Shown here: positions 27,764 through 37,625 of the stretch, in pieces
Position numbering within the stretch: the first letter of the stretch is position 1
Layout of the letters: each line of letters starts with the position of its first letter
DNA from: a virus
Length of the DNA stretch: 64,000 bases
IMG/VR virus record: IMGVR_UViG_3300025138_000016
Direction: 5' to 3' (one strand)
The notes under the pieces: model-generated
Databases searched by the model: none
Told to the model about the DNA's origin: nothing
What the model saw: the letters and a program-made list of their open reading frames with translations, nothing else
Program-made: the position numbers and the translations under genes

Positions 27764-28288
27764 CTCTATATCGAATCTTTCATACCTAAATGACGCAATG
27801 CACTCTATGTATGATATATCACCGCCTCTAAGGTCAAACATTAATTCTGATAACGTCGACGGAAACAATCCAATGAACTTAACTTTAAGGTTAGGCTGTG
27901 CAGCGCTATTGTGAATGATAAGAGTTGCATCACTCATTATATCACCAGAGCCTAATGGATTTTTTCTTCTATCGTCATCAGATAATAACTTGTACTCATC
28001 AAAGCTTTCAGGGAAACCTAATGCTCTTGTCCAGTTATATAACTCTAAATAACTTTGCATCTGCTCATCAACTCTAAACGAGATCTGAAATTCAGTAAAG
28101 TCAATATGTGTGCCTGGGTTAGGCATCTTAACGAATGGAGTAGGTACTTCAGCTGTACCTAAAGTAACAGCAGGAAGCAGGACCGATTGACAAAAGAAGT
28201 TGACATGAGGTAACTTATTAATCACAAAGTCAAACTTTAGTGGTGACAGGAAGTTAAGATTGTCAGGTTGTTGGGTCAATGCGGCCAT
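27749..28288 (-). CDS. gp3: tail completion protein (gp3-like)
   Basis: NFLSPLKF..FFCQSV.LP..FRVDE..Y.ELYNW..SDATL..FP..LS; start moved to MAALTQ. Confidence 0.88.
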   Translation of the reverse strand: MAALTQQPDNLNFLSPLKFDFVINKLPHVNFFCQSVLLPAVTLGTAEVPTPFVKMPNPGTHIDFTEFQISFRVDEQMQSYLELYNWTRALGFPESFDEYKLLSDDDRRKNPLGSGDIMSDATLIIHNSAAQPNLKVKFIGLFPSTLSELMFDLRGGDISYIECIASFRYERFDIELISK

Positions 28289-28319
28289 ATAAGTATTTAG
28301 GCTAACTATCAGATAGGTG

Positions 28320-28502
28320 CTAAGACCCCTTCTGCATTGGTTTCCACAGTTCGTGGAACATACAATGACGTTGATAGCCTTCTGGCGTCTCATATACAAA
28401 CTGAGCGGCTAAGAGCTCTATAACCTTACCAGAGTGTTCTCTCTTAAAGTAAGGTTCCGTATGAGTAATCATATCACCTAATTGTGGTTTACGTCTTTTC
28501 AA
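28320..28502 (-). CDS. small hypothetical protein
   Basis: 60 aa, third of three overlapping small ORFs. Confidence 0.6.
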   Translation of the reverse strand: MKRRKPQLGDMITHTEPYFKREHSGKVIELLAAQFVYETPEGYQRHCMFHELWKPMQKGS

Positions 28503-28707
28503 TTACATCTCCATTCATTCTGTCTAATGATTCTAAGGCACGAGCAACTACTATAACAGGACCACGAGGATCGTCAGCATATAGTCTTGGTTTATAATGA
28601 CTACGCTCACGCATACCTTGCTTAGTCCAAGCTGCGTCTTCACGCACCTTGAACCTACTGCATAGCTCTCTACGTACTTCTTCAAAGAAGTCTAACTCAC
28701 TATTCAT
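28489..28707 (-). CDS. small hypothetical protein
   Basis: 72 aa, ATGA-coupled to the upstream ORF. Confidence 0.6.
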   Translation of the reverse strand: MNSELDFFEEVRRELCSRFKVREDAAWTKQGMRERSHYKPRLYADDPRGPVIVVARALESLDRMNGDVIEKT

Positions 28708-28919
28708 TTAACTGCCATTCCTTCTCCTGATAGAGCGAAGTTGTATGCATATTGCAATACTTTAGTTGGGTGCGATAACGTCTCAGCAATATATAATGCT
28801 TTACGTTTCGTCTCTGCTTTAGCATGCGATGCATTAATCATCTCTACTAAGGCTTCTTTCTTTGCATCTAGACTTGTAGCAGCGTCGATGTCTTTAAGAT
28901 ATTTATCAAGTTGTAACAT
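28704..28919 (-). CDS. small hypothetical protein, probably early
   Basis: 71 aa with GAGG RBS behind a sigma70-like promoter. Confidence 0.7.
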   Translation of the reverse strand: MLQLDKYLKDIDAATSLDAKKEALVEMINASHAKAETKRKALYIAETLSHPTKVLQYAYNFALSGEGMAVK

Positions 28920-28951
28920 AATTTCTATTCCTCTTTTTTGTTTATAACTAT

Positions 28952-28979
28952 ATTATATGAACTTATTCAAATAAATCAA
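28952..28979 (-). promoter_or_regulatory. sigma70-type (early) promoter
   Basis: TTGATT-N16-TATAAT just downstream of the gp23 terminator. Confidence 0.65.
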
Positions 28980-28993
28980 CTGTTATTTTAAAC

Positions 28994-29020
28994 AAAAAAA
29001 GAGCGCCGAAGCGCTCTTTT
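28994..29020 (-). terminator. intrinsic terminator after gp23
   Basis: AAAAGAGCGC-TTCG-GCGCTC-TTTTTTT, a T4-typical UUCG tetraloop. Confidence 0.92.
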
Positions 29021-29039
29021 AATAGAATATAATCTGAGA

Positions 29040-30365
29040 TTACATAATGTTGTTAACAAGTACTCTTCTGTAGTATACGTTAGAATCTTTGTTCATCGCT
29101 CCAAGTCCTACGCCTGTTCCTTCTGCAAAAGGATTCGCAACTACGCCGTAACGAGTTTTAAAACCGATTTTAGGTTGGAAAGTCTGCTCACCAACGGCTC
29201 TCACCATTTGTAGCGGTACGTAAGGGCAGTAGAATATACCAGCATCAAATGCTGAAGATCCTTTATATCCTAATGTGTAATAGTTACCAGTAGTATATGG
29301 ATCGATATAAACTCTATATCTGCCGTTTAGAACACCAGCAAAAGTATTGCCAGTATCATCAACTTGTAGGTTGTTTGAGTTCAACGCAGGAGTGTAGTCC
29401 AATACGCCAGCCATTTGTAAAGCAGAAGCTACGTCTGAAGAAGTAATAAGAACATTACCTTTCCCTCTACGAGTATCTTTTGCAATTTGGTTAGCATCTC
29501 TTTCGATTTGGAACATTAATCCTTTGAACTTCTCAACTGACCATCTACCGTTTGAATCGGTATCAAGATCAAATGTACCAGCAGTAGTAGTGTCAGTCGT
29601 GGCACCTTGCTTAGCAACAATATTGATTGTTCTGATGATTTCTCTGTTAATTTCAGCTAAAATTTCTGTTGAAAGAATATTAGCTAATTCTGTTTCAGCG
29701 TCTAGACCATGGATAGCTCTTAAATCTTGAGCAAGTTCCATAGTATATTCAGCTTTCAGCGCTCTTGAACCAGCAGTAACTGATACTTTCTCAATTGAGA
29801 AAGCCATTTCTGGGAATGCAACGTTAGATGCATTACCTAAAGCTTCAGCTTGGTTAGTTGGCATACCGTCAGCAAAGTTATAAACACCCGCTTCAGCATT
29901 GTTTGCGCTTCCAGGAACACTACCAACGTTTTTGTCACCAAGTGTATTAGCATTGGCAGCAACAGTCGAGAATGCAGTATCAGCTTCGTTATAGAAAGCT
30001 TCAGTTGCAGAGTTAGACTGGTTAGTATACTTAGATCTCATCGCGAAGATAAGTCCAGTTGGTCCTGACATAGGCTGAACACCACACATGTCATAAGCTA
30101 CTAGGTTAGGCATTGCTCTTCTTACGAGGCTGATTAATACAGGATCGTAATTATCAATGTCTGCGCCAGTTGCGTTAGTCGGTGTATGAGTCGCCTCACT
30201 GAGAAGTGATTGACTAGAATATGTGCTTCCTTCTCTCAAAGCAATTTCTGTATTTTCTAAAAGTTGAGCTGTAACTGCACGCTTATGAGTATCTGTGATC
30301 GCTGTAAGATCGTCGTGCTCAAGAATTGGCTGCCACTTCTCAACTAAATTAGTTCTAAGGTCCAT
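29040..30365 (-). CDS. gp23: major capsid protein (gp23)
   Basis: DPVLISLVRRAMPNL..GVQPMSGPTGLIFAMRS..RALKAEY..FQPKIGFKTRYG. Confidence 0.99.
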   Translation of the reverse strand: MDLRTNLVEKWQPILEHDDLTAITDTHKRAVTAQLLENTEIALREGSTYSSQSLLSEATHTPTNATGADIDNYDPVLISLVRRAMPNLVAYDMCGVQPMSGPTGLIFAMRSKYTNQSNSATEAFYNEADTAFSTVAANANTLGDKNVGSVPGSANNAEAGVYNFADGMPTNQAEALGNASNVAFPEMAFSIEKVSVTAGSRALKAEYTMELAQDLRAIHGLDAETELANILSTEILAEINREIIRTINIVAKQGATTDTTTAGTFDLDTDSNGRWSVEKFKGLMFQIERDANQIAKDTRRGKGNVLITSSDVASALQMAGVLDYTPALNSNNLQVDDTGNTFAGVLNGRYRVYIDPYTTGNYYTLGYKGSSAFDAGIFYCPYVPLQMVRAVGEQTFQPKIGFKTRYGVVANPFAEGTGVGLGAMNKDSNVYYRRVLVNNIM

Positions 30366-30398
30366 AATAGTTCTCCTTTAAATTACCCTAAACATTAT

Positions 30399-31427
30399 TT
30401 ATTTATTTATAGTGCGTGAAATTGCACTTGCATAACGACTCATTAATGGGTCGATTGCAGCCTTTTCCTCTGCTACGTCGATAGGTGTATCTTCCGATAC
30501 CTCTTCCGCAATTACGCTCTTAGTAGCAAAGTACTGGTTTTTGATTACGCTTAGCTTAGCACCAAACTCGTCAACATCATTATATTCAATACCTTCAACT
30601 AGTGAAGATAGTTTCTCTTTCTGTGATACGCTAAGTCCATCTGATTGCTCAGATACTAAGTTCTTAACTCTCAAAGAATCAATCTCTTTTTGCAATTCGA
30701 TTTTTTCGTTTATAGAATCATCGAGTTTGCCTTCAAGCTCTTCCGACATAGCAATTGCATCAGCTGCTAAGTCTAGTTTGTCTTGTGGAACTTCAACATA
30801 GTTGTTTTCGAATAATTCTCTTAAACCAACCATGAAGTTTTCAGCTATATCAACCTTTAGGCTAGATTCAATAGCTACTTCGTTCTCTTCCATCCACTGT
30901 TCTGCGACATAAGAAAGATATCCATCGACTTTATCAGCCATCTCTTCCTTTAGTCCTAATGAAGCTTCGTCAAACTTAGCGTCAAACTCTTCTTGAATTC
31001 TAGCTGTTTCAGCAATAACTCTCGCTGATACAGATGCTTCAAAAATGATTGCTGCTTTGTCTAAAAACTCTTCTGCAAGATCCTGCCCGTCAAAGATTTC
31101 TTCTACGTCCTCTTTAAACTTGCTCTTACCTGCGATTGATGCCATGTTTTTGCCAGATGTGTTCTTTGCATCTTTACCAAAAATAGTACTATATGCATCG
31201 TTAACTCCACCTTTGCTAAATCCAGTTAATTTCTGGACCACAGCTCCGATCATGCCAGCTTTAGATAGAGTAGGCATAGCCTTCTCTCCACCTTCTTTGT
31301 CTGCTGGTCTTTTATTGCTCTTTGTAGAAACCGGGTCGGCCACCATAGAAGCATCGCCAGTAGCCTTGAATTCATCAAGCTGTGCTGCTTCGGTATCGAC
31401 TACCTGCTCTAATTCTTTATCAGCCAT
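30399..31427 (-). CDS. gp22: prohead core scaffolding protein (gp22)
   Basis: Acidic coiled coil, YLSYVAEQWMEENEVA; lies between gp21 and gp23. Confidence 0.93.
   Translation of the reverse strand: MADKELEQVVDTEAAQLDEFKATGDASMVADPVSTKSNKRPADKEGGEKAMPTLSKAGMIGAVVQKLTGFSKGGVNDAYSTIFGKDAKNTSGKNMASIAGKSKFKEDVEEIFDGQDLAEEFLDKAAIIFEASVSARVIAETARIQEEFDAKFDEASLGLKEEMADKVDGYLSYVAEQWMEENEVAIESSLKVDIAENFMVGLRELFENNYVEVPQDKLDLAADAIAMSEELEGKLDDSINEKIELQKEIDSLRVKNLVSEQSDGLSVSQKEKLSSLVEGIEYNDVDEFGAKLSVIKNQYFATKSVIAEEVSEDTPIDVAEEKAAIDPLMSRYASAISRTINK
30404..30411 (-). promoter_or_regulatory. late promoter for gp23
   Basis: TATAAATA at the end of gp22. Confidence 0.7.
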
Positions 31428-31467
31428 TTTAGCTCCTCTTAAATAAATAAAAAGTATTTCGTAGTAT

Positions 31468-31475
31468 TATTTATA
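31468..31475 (-). promoter_or_regulatory. late promoter for gp22
   Basis: Intergenic TATAAATA. Confidence 0.75.
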
Positions 31476-31481
31476 AGGACC

Positions 31482-32147
31482 CTATACTAGCGAGTTCAAG
31501 AACTTTTCGAATAGCTCTATCTTACGCTCGTGCAAGACCTTACTTGATTTAATACCTGTGTTTTTAATCTCATTTACAACTTGCTGAGTTCTCCATTGAG
31601 CCTCTGCTGCATCATAAACCCATTCACAACCTTCCATAACACCCTTAACAAACGCGTCGGGCGCGGACGGATCAGCTACAATATCAGCTGCAGTTGCTAG
31701 CATAAAATCACCTTGAACTTCCATAACACCGTTATTTGGTTTAAGTGATCCCATACCTCTTGAAGACACTCCTAATTGAGCACCCTCATCCATAAGATTC
31801 TTAACTATATTTCCCATCGGTGTATCCATTATTTTGGCTTTACCAATAAAATTATTGCCGTCCTCTTTAAGACTTGTTATCATATGAGAGACTCTATCTA
31901 AGTTGATAGTAGGTCCACTTGGGTGTCCTAGTTCTCCATATGCTCTTTTGTTCTCGACATTATCTTTCATATATCGATTAACCTCGTTTACCATAGTCTC
32001 TTTAGGGTATACCCTTCCGTTTCTATTCTGGAGGTTTGATTGAAGGAATACACCTTCAATAAAGTAATTCGTTTTTTTGCCTTCTCCGGCAGCTTCTTTG
32101 ATGTAATTAACATCGTCCATGAAATTGACTTCAGTAATAAGCTTCAT
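31482..32147 (-). CDS. gp21: prohead protease (gp21)
   Basis: NRNGRVYP, GELGHP, RVSH, GVSSRGMGS, ADPSAPDA. Confidence 0.97.
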   Translation of the reverse strand: MKLITEVNFMDDVNYIKEAAGEGKKTNYFIEGVFLQSNLQNRNGRVYPKETMVNEVNRYMKDNVENKRAYGELGHPSGPTINLDRVSHMITSLKEDGNNFIGKAKIMDTPMGNIVKNLMDEGAQLGVSSRGMGSLKPNNGVMEVQGDFMLATAADIVADPSAPDAFVKGVMEGCEWVYDAAEAQWRTQQVVNEIKNTGIKSSKVLHERKIELFEKFLNSLV

Positions 32148-32148
32148 A

Positions 32149-32400
32149 CTAGTCTCCGTATCCCACTGATGTAACTAGGCCTGCTGATGCAAATAATTTA
32201 TCTTCAGCTTTCTTATGAAAGTAATGTATACCAGCATCTACTGATGTATTACCTATTGCTGTATTAGCACTATCTACTAACGTTACAACTGCTGCAGCTG
32301 TATGATAAAACTTAACAAGCTTAGCATTGTCTACTGTTGTAGCAGCTCCTAGAGTTGTCCCTGCTGTTGCTTCGTTACCTTTGATAATGATTATTTTCAT
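32149..32400 (-). CDS. small hypothetical protein in the head module
   Basis: 83 aa, in the gp20-gp21 interval. Confidence 0.7.
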   Translation of the reverse strand: MKIIIIKGNEATAGTTLGAATTVDNAKLVKFYHTAAAVVTLVDSANTAIGNTSVDAGIHYFHKKAEDKLFASAGLVTSVGYGD

Positions 32401-32864
32401 TACTCAACACCTAATGCGAATTCAACCATCTTAGCAAATGATTCTTCGTCTTTTAATAATAGTTCAATGAAAGCTTCTCTGTTAGATTCGTCTAGTTGAT
32501 CTACAACATAGACAAGATGCTCAGCTAAGTCAGGAGCCATCATTACTTCTTCTTCACTCATTAAACCGAATGGTTGATCTGAATCTATCTCAGCCATATC
32601 TAGAAGTTGCTCTATAATGTCTTCTGAAGTAACATACTCTTCGTATGCAGTCTTCTCTTCTTCTTTAGATAGGTCAGCTTTCTTGGAATGATCTTTCTTT
32701 GCTTTTCTAGCATTCAATACGTCATCAGTTCCTTTAGCTGGATACTCTCTGTCATCGATGTTATCAGTATGCTTCTTCTTCCATTGCTTTTCACCTTCGG
32801 CTTTATCTCGTCCGTGGTGAGGAAGATCCATTGCAGCTTCTAAAATGTCTTTAAGATGTTTCAT
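32400..32864 (-). CDS. probable prohead core protein
   Basis: Start moved to MKHLKDILE (GAGG RBS); gp67/gp68 position. Confidence 0.6.
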   Translation of the reverse strand: MKHLKDILEAAMDLPHHGRDKAEGEKQWKKKHTDNIDDREYPAKGTDDVLNARKAKKDHSKKADLSKEEEKTAYEEYVTSEDIIEQLLDMAEIDSDQPFGLMSEEEVMMAPDLAEHLVYVVDQLDESNREAFIELLLKDEESFAKMVEFALGVE

Positions 32865-33222
32865 CCGTTTCCTCTTCTGAAGAGTCTTCATCCTCTTCTG
32901 GTTGTTCGTCTTGCTCTTCATCGTTTACTAATGAATCCATTTCTTCGTCTGATTCATCGTCGTTGAGAGCATCCTCAATTTCTTCTTCTGATGGCTCTGC
33001 AGATAGCTGCTCGTCATCAACTGGCTTCTCTTTCGAGATTGGCTCTTGGCCGAACATATCTTTATGTAGGGCGTCTTTTTTACCTGCAATTAAATCTGCA
33101 GCACGTTGCATCATTTCGTTATCGAAAGCCTTTTGCACCGCGACAGGTTTCTCACCCATTGCACTATTAATAAGCGCATCTAAATCAACTTGTGGTGTTC
33201 CACTCAATTTTGGTTCTGCCAT
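32851..33222 (-). CDS. acidic prohead core protein (gp67-like)
   Basis: Very acidic C-terminus; directly downstream of the portal gene. Confidence 0.7.
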   Translation of the reverse strand: MAEPKLSGTPQVDLDALINSAMGEKPVAVQKAFDNEMMQRAADLIAGKKDALHKDMFGQEPISKEKPVDDEQLSAEPSEEEIEDALNDDESDEEMDSLVNDEEQDEQPEEDEDSSEEETDETS

Positions 33223-33247
33223 TCTATATCTCCATTATATTTATTAT

Positions 33248-34861
33248 TTATGCATCCTCACCAGCTGGTGGAGGTGTTCCTGCGTCTGGAGCAGGTTCTT
33301 CTGGTTGCTGATTCCAAGGAGCGTCTGGTTGTGCGCCGCCGCCTGGACCAAAGTCATCTTGATCTTGTCGTTCTGCGTCCATCTCTGAACCCATTTCTTC
33401 AATCTCTTTCTCGCTAAGGTGTAGAACATTTCTTCTAACCCAATCTTTAGAATAGTAAGTACCAGTATGATCTTGAATGTCTCCAAGAACCTGTAATCTC
33501 TCTCTAATAATTTCAGAGTTCTTTAATTCTGAGAAGTGATTATCTTCTACAAAATCATACTTAACATGATTCTGAACTGTAGCCCATTCATCTAATGTTA
33601 GTATACCTTTTAGTACTAATTCTTTTTCAAGTATCTTATTAAAGAGAGCTGAGAATCTTAATCTAAGTCTTCTTATAAACTTATTAAACTTCAACTCATC
33701 TCTAGATATTTCGGAAGCTCTGCCTAGAGTAAAACCATTTTCGGGTTCTAGTCTGCTTGATGGTACGTTTAATGCACGATATAGTTTCTTCTTAAAGTAT
33801 TCTATATCTTCCATCTCGCCTAAATTTTGCCCGCCTGGTAGTGTTGTGATCTCAGTACCTCTACCTCCTTCTCTTCTAGGTAGCCAGAAATCTTCCATCA
33901 TCGTCATAAACTTTCTATCGTCTCTTATCTCTCCTGAGGCAGCATCATAGACTAATCTGTTCTTATGCTTAGTCATCATGTCCCTTAAGTACTGCTCAGC
34001 TTTCATCTTAGGTAGGTTACCGACATCAATATAAAATATTCTTCTCTCAGGAGCTCTTGATATTCTATATATTACTGATGCATCTTCCAAAACCTGTAAT
34101 TGATTAAGAGGTTTAATTGCTTTGTGTAGATGTGATAATACCATCTTATTGTACTCATCTGTTAAACCAGACGTACAATGAACGATACTATCTTTCGCGA
34201 TTTTTAGACCTTGTGCTCCGCCAGCTTGTATAGGGTCTGGAGTTGCATAAGACTTGCTGTTAAAGCCTTTATCGTTATAGATAAAGAATTCTTTAACAAC
34301 TTTGATAACCGTAAAGTTACCTTGTTTTTCTTTTTTAGTCTCTCTTACTTTTCTGATCTTTCTAGGATCGACATATCTTAATTCTTGTATGCCTTTTGTT
34401 GGATCTTTGTCGTCAATTATAGCATGATAATATAGACGTCCATCAACATACCATCTTCTGAATGTTTCATATCCAGTAGACGATAAGCCTAGTAATTCAG
34501 TAGTATGACTAAATGCCTCATGTACGAGGTCTTTTACCTTTGGTGACATATCCTTACATGCGTCAAGGTTAATATCAACAACGGGTTGTGTTGGATCTGA
34601 TACTATTGATTCATTAATAATATCATCAATTGCGTGCTCTACTTCAGGTTGTAGAGACATCTTTCTATATCGTGTGACTAACTCAGCCTCATTCTTTGCT
34701 GTTCCTTCGAGGTCAACGTATGTGCCATACATTCCGCCCATAGAATTAATGTTGACGGCACCGTCATCAAATTGGGGTTGTGCGAATGATTTATGTTCTG
34801 ACGAATCGTTTGCTGATACGCCTGTTTTTCGATTAATCTCGAAGCCGAATAATTCTGCCAT
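33248..34861 (-). CDS. gp20: portal protein (gp20)
   Basis: WYVDGR, YRISRAPERRIFYIDVGNLP, EDFWLPRREGGRGTEITTLPGG. Confidence 0.98.
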   Translation of the reverse strand: MAELFGFEINRKTGVSANDSSEHKSFAQPQFDDGAVNINSMGGMYGTYVDLEGTAKNEAELVTRYRKMSLQPEVEHAIDDIINESIVSDPTQPVVDINLDACKDMSPKVKDLVHEAFSHTTELLGLSSTGYETFRRWYVDGRLYYHAIIDDKDPTKGIQELRYVDPRKIRKVRETKKEKQGNFTVIKVVKEFFIYNDKGFNSKSYATPDPIQAGGAQGLKIAKDSIVHCTSGLTDEYNKMVLSHLHKAIKPLNQLQVLEDASVIYRISRAPERRIFYIDVGNLPKMKAEQYLRDMMTKHKNRLVYDAASGEIRDDRKFMTMMEDFWLPRREGGRGTEITTLPGGQNLGEMEDIEYFKKKLYRALNVPSSRLEPENGFTLGRASEISRDELKFNKFIRRLRLRFSALFNKILEKELVLKGILTLDEWATVQNHVKYDFVEDNHFSELKNSEIIRERLQVLGDIQDHTGTYYSKDWVRRNVLHLSEKEIEEMGSEMDAERQDQDDFGPGGGAQPDAPWNQQPEEPAPDAGTPPPAGEDA

Positions 34862-34882
34862 TAGGTAGTCTCCATTATAAAA

Positions 34883-34914
34883 ATTAGAGAGCTAAGTTTC
34901 TTTAGCCCTCTAAT
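34883..34914 (-). terminator. hairpin/terminator between gp19 and gp20
   Basis: ATTAGAGGGCTAA-AGAAAC-TTAGCTCTCTAAT followed by TTTT. Confidence 0.6.
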
Positions 34915-34933
34915 GTATTTAGCATCACTGCTA

Positions 34934-35485
34934 CTAAGCGTCTGTGCCAGCGTTACCTGTGATACCGCTAACTGTCCAGTAATCGTATTGGAACGAAACA
35001 TCGAATTGTTGAATTTCATCTATCTGCTCCCAGTTGACGCTGATTTCAGTAACGTCTGTTGGAAAGATTCCTACAAACTTATACTCTCTTATCGCGGCTC
35101 CTGTTTTAGAAAACTGAGTTACTGTTGCATCAGTCTTGTACTCTGATGGACTCGCTGCTCCAAATTCTCTCAAGTTACCTTGGTGACTGTTAATCGAACT
35201 CATCCACTCTTCCATGGAGTTTCTGATTAAAAAGTCTTCGTCATTTATTACTGTAACGTTCCATGGGTTAAAGATTCTGTTTCCAGCAACCTTAAACTTT
35301 CTTCCGAAGTAAGGAACTTCAACAGTACCTAGCGTCGAGGCAGGAAGTGCTGAAGCCTTTATCATAAAAGGAGCTTTTAAGTCACCTGCACCGTTAGCTG
35401 GGTTGTTTATTCTTACTTGGAAAAGAGCAGAACGTGCACCGCCAAGTACTAACTGTGATCTGATTTCATTAATATTAAATGCCAT
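34934..35485 (-). CDS. gp19: tail tube protein (gp19)
   Basis: GGARSALF..LPASTLG.VEVPYFGRK..W.VTVINDEDF..FP..YDYW. Confidence 0.96.
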   Translation of the reverse strand: MAFNINEIRSQLVLGGARSALFQVRINNPANGAGDLKAPFMIKASALPASTLGTVEVPYFGRKFKVAGNRIFNPWNVTVINDEDFLIRNSMEEWMSSINSHQGNLREFGAASPSEYKTDATVTQFSKTGAAIREYKFVGIFPTDVTEISVNWEQIDEIQQFDVSFQYDYWTVSGITGNAGTDA

Positions 35486-35495
35486 CTTTTACTCC

Positions 35496-37556
35496 TTAAA
35501 ATTTACCAACTACTTCTGAGAACTCTACTCCACTTCGTACTGCTACAAAGTTTAATTGAATAAAGTTAATAGATCTTGCAGGTTTAACGTAAATGTCTCC
35601 GATGAATTCATTTCTGTCTATGACTTCACCTGTGTTATTAGAAGTATCACATACGACTCTATAGTCAAATATGCCTCTTCTTCCCTGTATATCTCTCAAG
35701 AACGGCTCTACTAGGTTCACAAACTGTGATCTTGTAAACTCATCATTGAATTCAAACAACGTAAACTTAGAAGCTGTAGAGATTGCTTTCTCTAATACTA
35801 TGAATAGTCTTCTAACATTTATTCTGTCGAATGCTGATGGCTTAGCAAGTAACGTTTTGTCACCGAAAAGCACTGTGCCCTGACCTGGGAATGCAACAAC
35901 TGGGTTAATACCATTCTTATAAAGAAGATCTCTGAAAGCTACTCTCGGATTGAAAGATAACTTAACAACGTTCTTTATTTGACCTCTGTTGAATCCACCT
36001 GGTGAGAACCATGCATCTCTTTCTGCATCTGTTCTTGCGCATAAGCCGGCTATGTCTCCACTTAATGGTACATATCTATATACATCACCGAACTTATCGT
36101 ACTGATATTTATAACCACTATCTAGCACACCGTAAGATGAACTTCTAACTGCGTTTCTGAATTCGATAACGTTATCGGTAGCAGTAGATGGTGATGTTAC
36201 ACCAACTGTGTCTGCTCTATCTGGCGAACCAAATACGATACAATCTTTTCTTACTTCACAAATATTGTCGATAATGTAATTTAAAATTCCTTCTCCGTGC
36301 GTTCCACCTTTAGCTTTACCAGATAATAGTAGACTTACATCTACGTCTGCAGCGTCTGAGAACATATCATATCCAACAGCTACATCTCCCATTGAGATAG
36401 CGCTTTCTGAATTACCGTCTAAACCTCCGCCGAATGCGAAATTGTATGGCTTAGTTGATGATAATGCTGTTCTTGTTGCTGATGTACCTGTATAAGATGC
36501 AGCAGGATGATTAACGAAGTATATCCAGCTTGAACCATTGTTAATTACATTATAGTAATACATTGATTCGCCTGACTCATTCTTAGCGTCAGTACCTCTA
36601 GATAATGATTCCCATTTCTCTATAATTACTTCTGGTGTACCTGTTATATCTCCATCCTCATCTACTACAACTACGTGTAACTCATCACCGACACCGCTTT
36701 TGCTAGTTGCAAATGATGAAGTGCCTGGGGCACTATCGAAGCTATTGAAATATTTCCAATATCTTCTAATGATTGTTTCTTCAACGTTTGTTGAAAGTGT
36801 GTAACGTGAGTGCAATTGGATGTTAGCTTTAAGCGAACTTACGCTTCCATCTAATGCTTGTGCTGTTCCATTACTTGGAATAGACTTGATTGATAACTTA
36901 ACTTCACCAATAGATGAATTACCAGCTTCGACTAGATCGCCAACTTGAAGTTGAGCGGCTAATGCGTCATAAGCTGTCTCTAATGCTGTGTTAGTTACTG
37001 ATGCGTCTTCACCTGTTAAGGTTAATACTGCTACGTTCGAACCGACTGTGAATGCTAAGCTAGAAGTTGATTTAACATCTGCTGATGAATCAATATCTAC
37101 ATTGCTGCTCCATGCAGCTGCGCTATCACAAACTTCTACTCTTAAACCATTACCTTTAACACCAGCGTATTTACCCACACAAATATGATTTGCGTTAGCA
37201 GTATAACTACCAGCGTCAAACGTTTCCATGTTTTTGATTAACACACCATCAGTATTAGCTGAGGTATTGGCTACTCCAGTAGCGTTTCGTGCAGCACTAG
37301 ACACGGTTCTGACAACGTATAGTTTATTGCCATAGTTTAAAAAATTTGATGCTGTAAAAAATGTCTCGAAGTTATCACTTGTTGGCTCACCGAAACGCGA
37401 TACTAAAGATGTTTCACTATCTACTAGTACTCTTTGTTCGGCAGGTCCCCAATTAAATACACCCGCTAATCCACCTTCTGTTGTGGATACAGCTGGCACG
37501 ACCGTTGTAAGATCGATCTCGCTTACATTTACACCAGGACTGACTTGAAATGCCAT
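35496..37556 (-). CDS. gp18: tail sheath protein (gp18)
   Basis: SPGVNVSEIDLT..WFSPGGFNRG..FDRINVRRLF..KPARSINFIQLNFVAVR. Confidence 0.98.
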   Translation of the reverse strand: MAFQVSPGVNVSEIDLTTVVPAVSTTEGGLAGVFNWGPAEQRVLVDSETSLVSRFGEPTSDNFETFFTASNFLNYGNKLYVVRTVSSAARNATGVANTSANTDGVLIKNMETFDAGSYTANANHICVGKYAGVKGNGLRVEVCDSAAAWSSNVDIDSSADVKSTSSLAFTVGSNVAVLTLTGEDASVTNTALETAYDALAAQLQVGDLVEAGNSSIGEVKLSIKSIPSNGTAQALDGSVSSLKANIQLHSRYTLSTNVEETIIRRYWKYFNSFDSAPGTSSFATSKSGVGDELHVVVVDEDGDITGTPEVIIEKWESLSRGTDAKNESGESMYYYNVINNGSSWIYFVNHPAASYTGTSATRTALSSTKPYNFAFGGGLDGNSESAISMGDVAVGYDMFSDAADVDVSLLLSGKAKGGTHGEGILNYIIDNICEVRKDCIVFGSPDRADTVGVTSPSTATDNVIEFRNAVRSSSYGVLDSGYKYQYDKFGDVYRYVPLSGDIAGLCARTDAERDAWFSPGGFNRGQIKNVVKLSFNPRVAFRDLLYKNGINPVVAFPGQGTVLFGDKTLLAKPSAFDRINVRRLFIVLEKAISTASKFTLFEFNDEFTRSQFVNLVEPFLRDIQGRRGIFDYRVVCDTSNNTGEVIDRNEFIGDIYVKPARSINFIQLNFVAVRSGVEFSEVVGKF

Positions 37557-37595
37557 GTTATGCTCCTCTATATAAAATCAAAAATAGTTTGATTA

Positions 37596-37603
37596 TATTT
37601 ATA
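37596..37603 (-). promoter_or_regulatory. late promoter for gp18/gp19
   Basis: Intergenic TATAAATA. Confidence 0.75.
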
Positions 37604-37625
37604 TGTTCCTGTGGTTTAAAAACTT

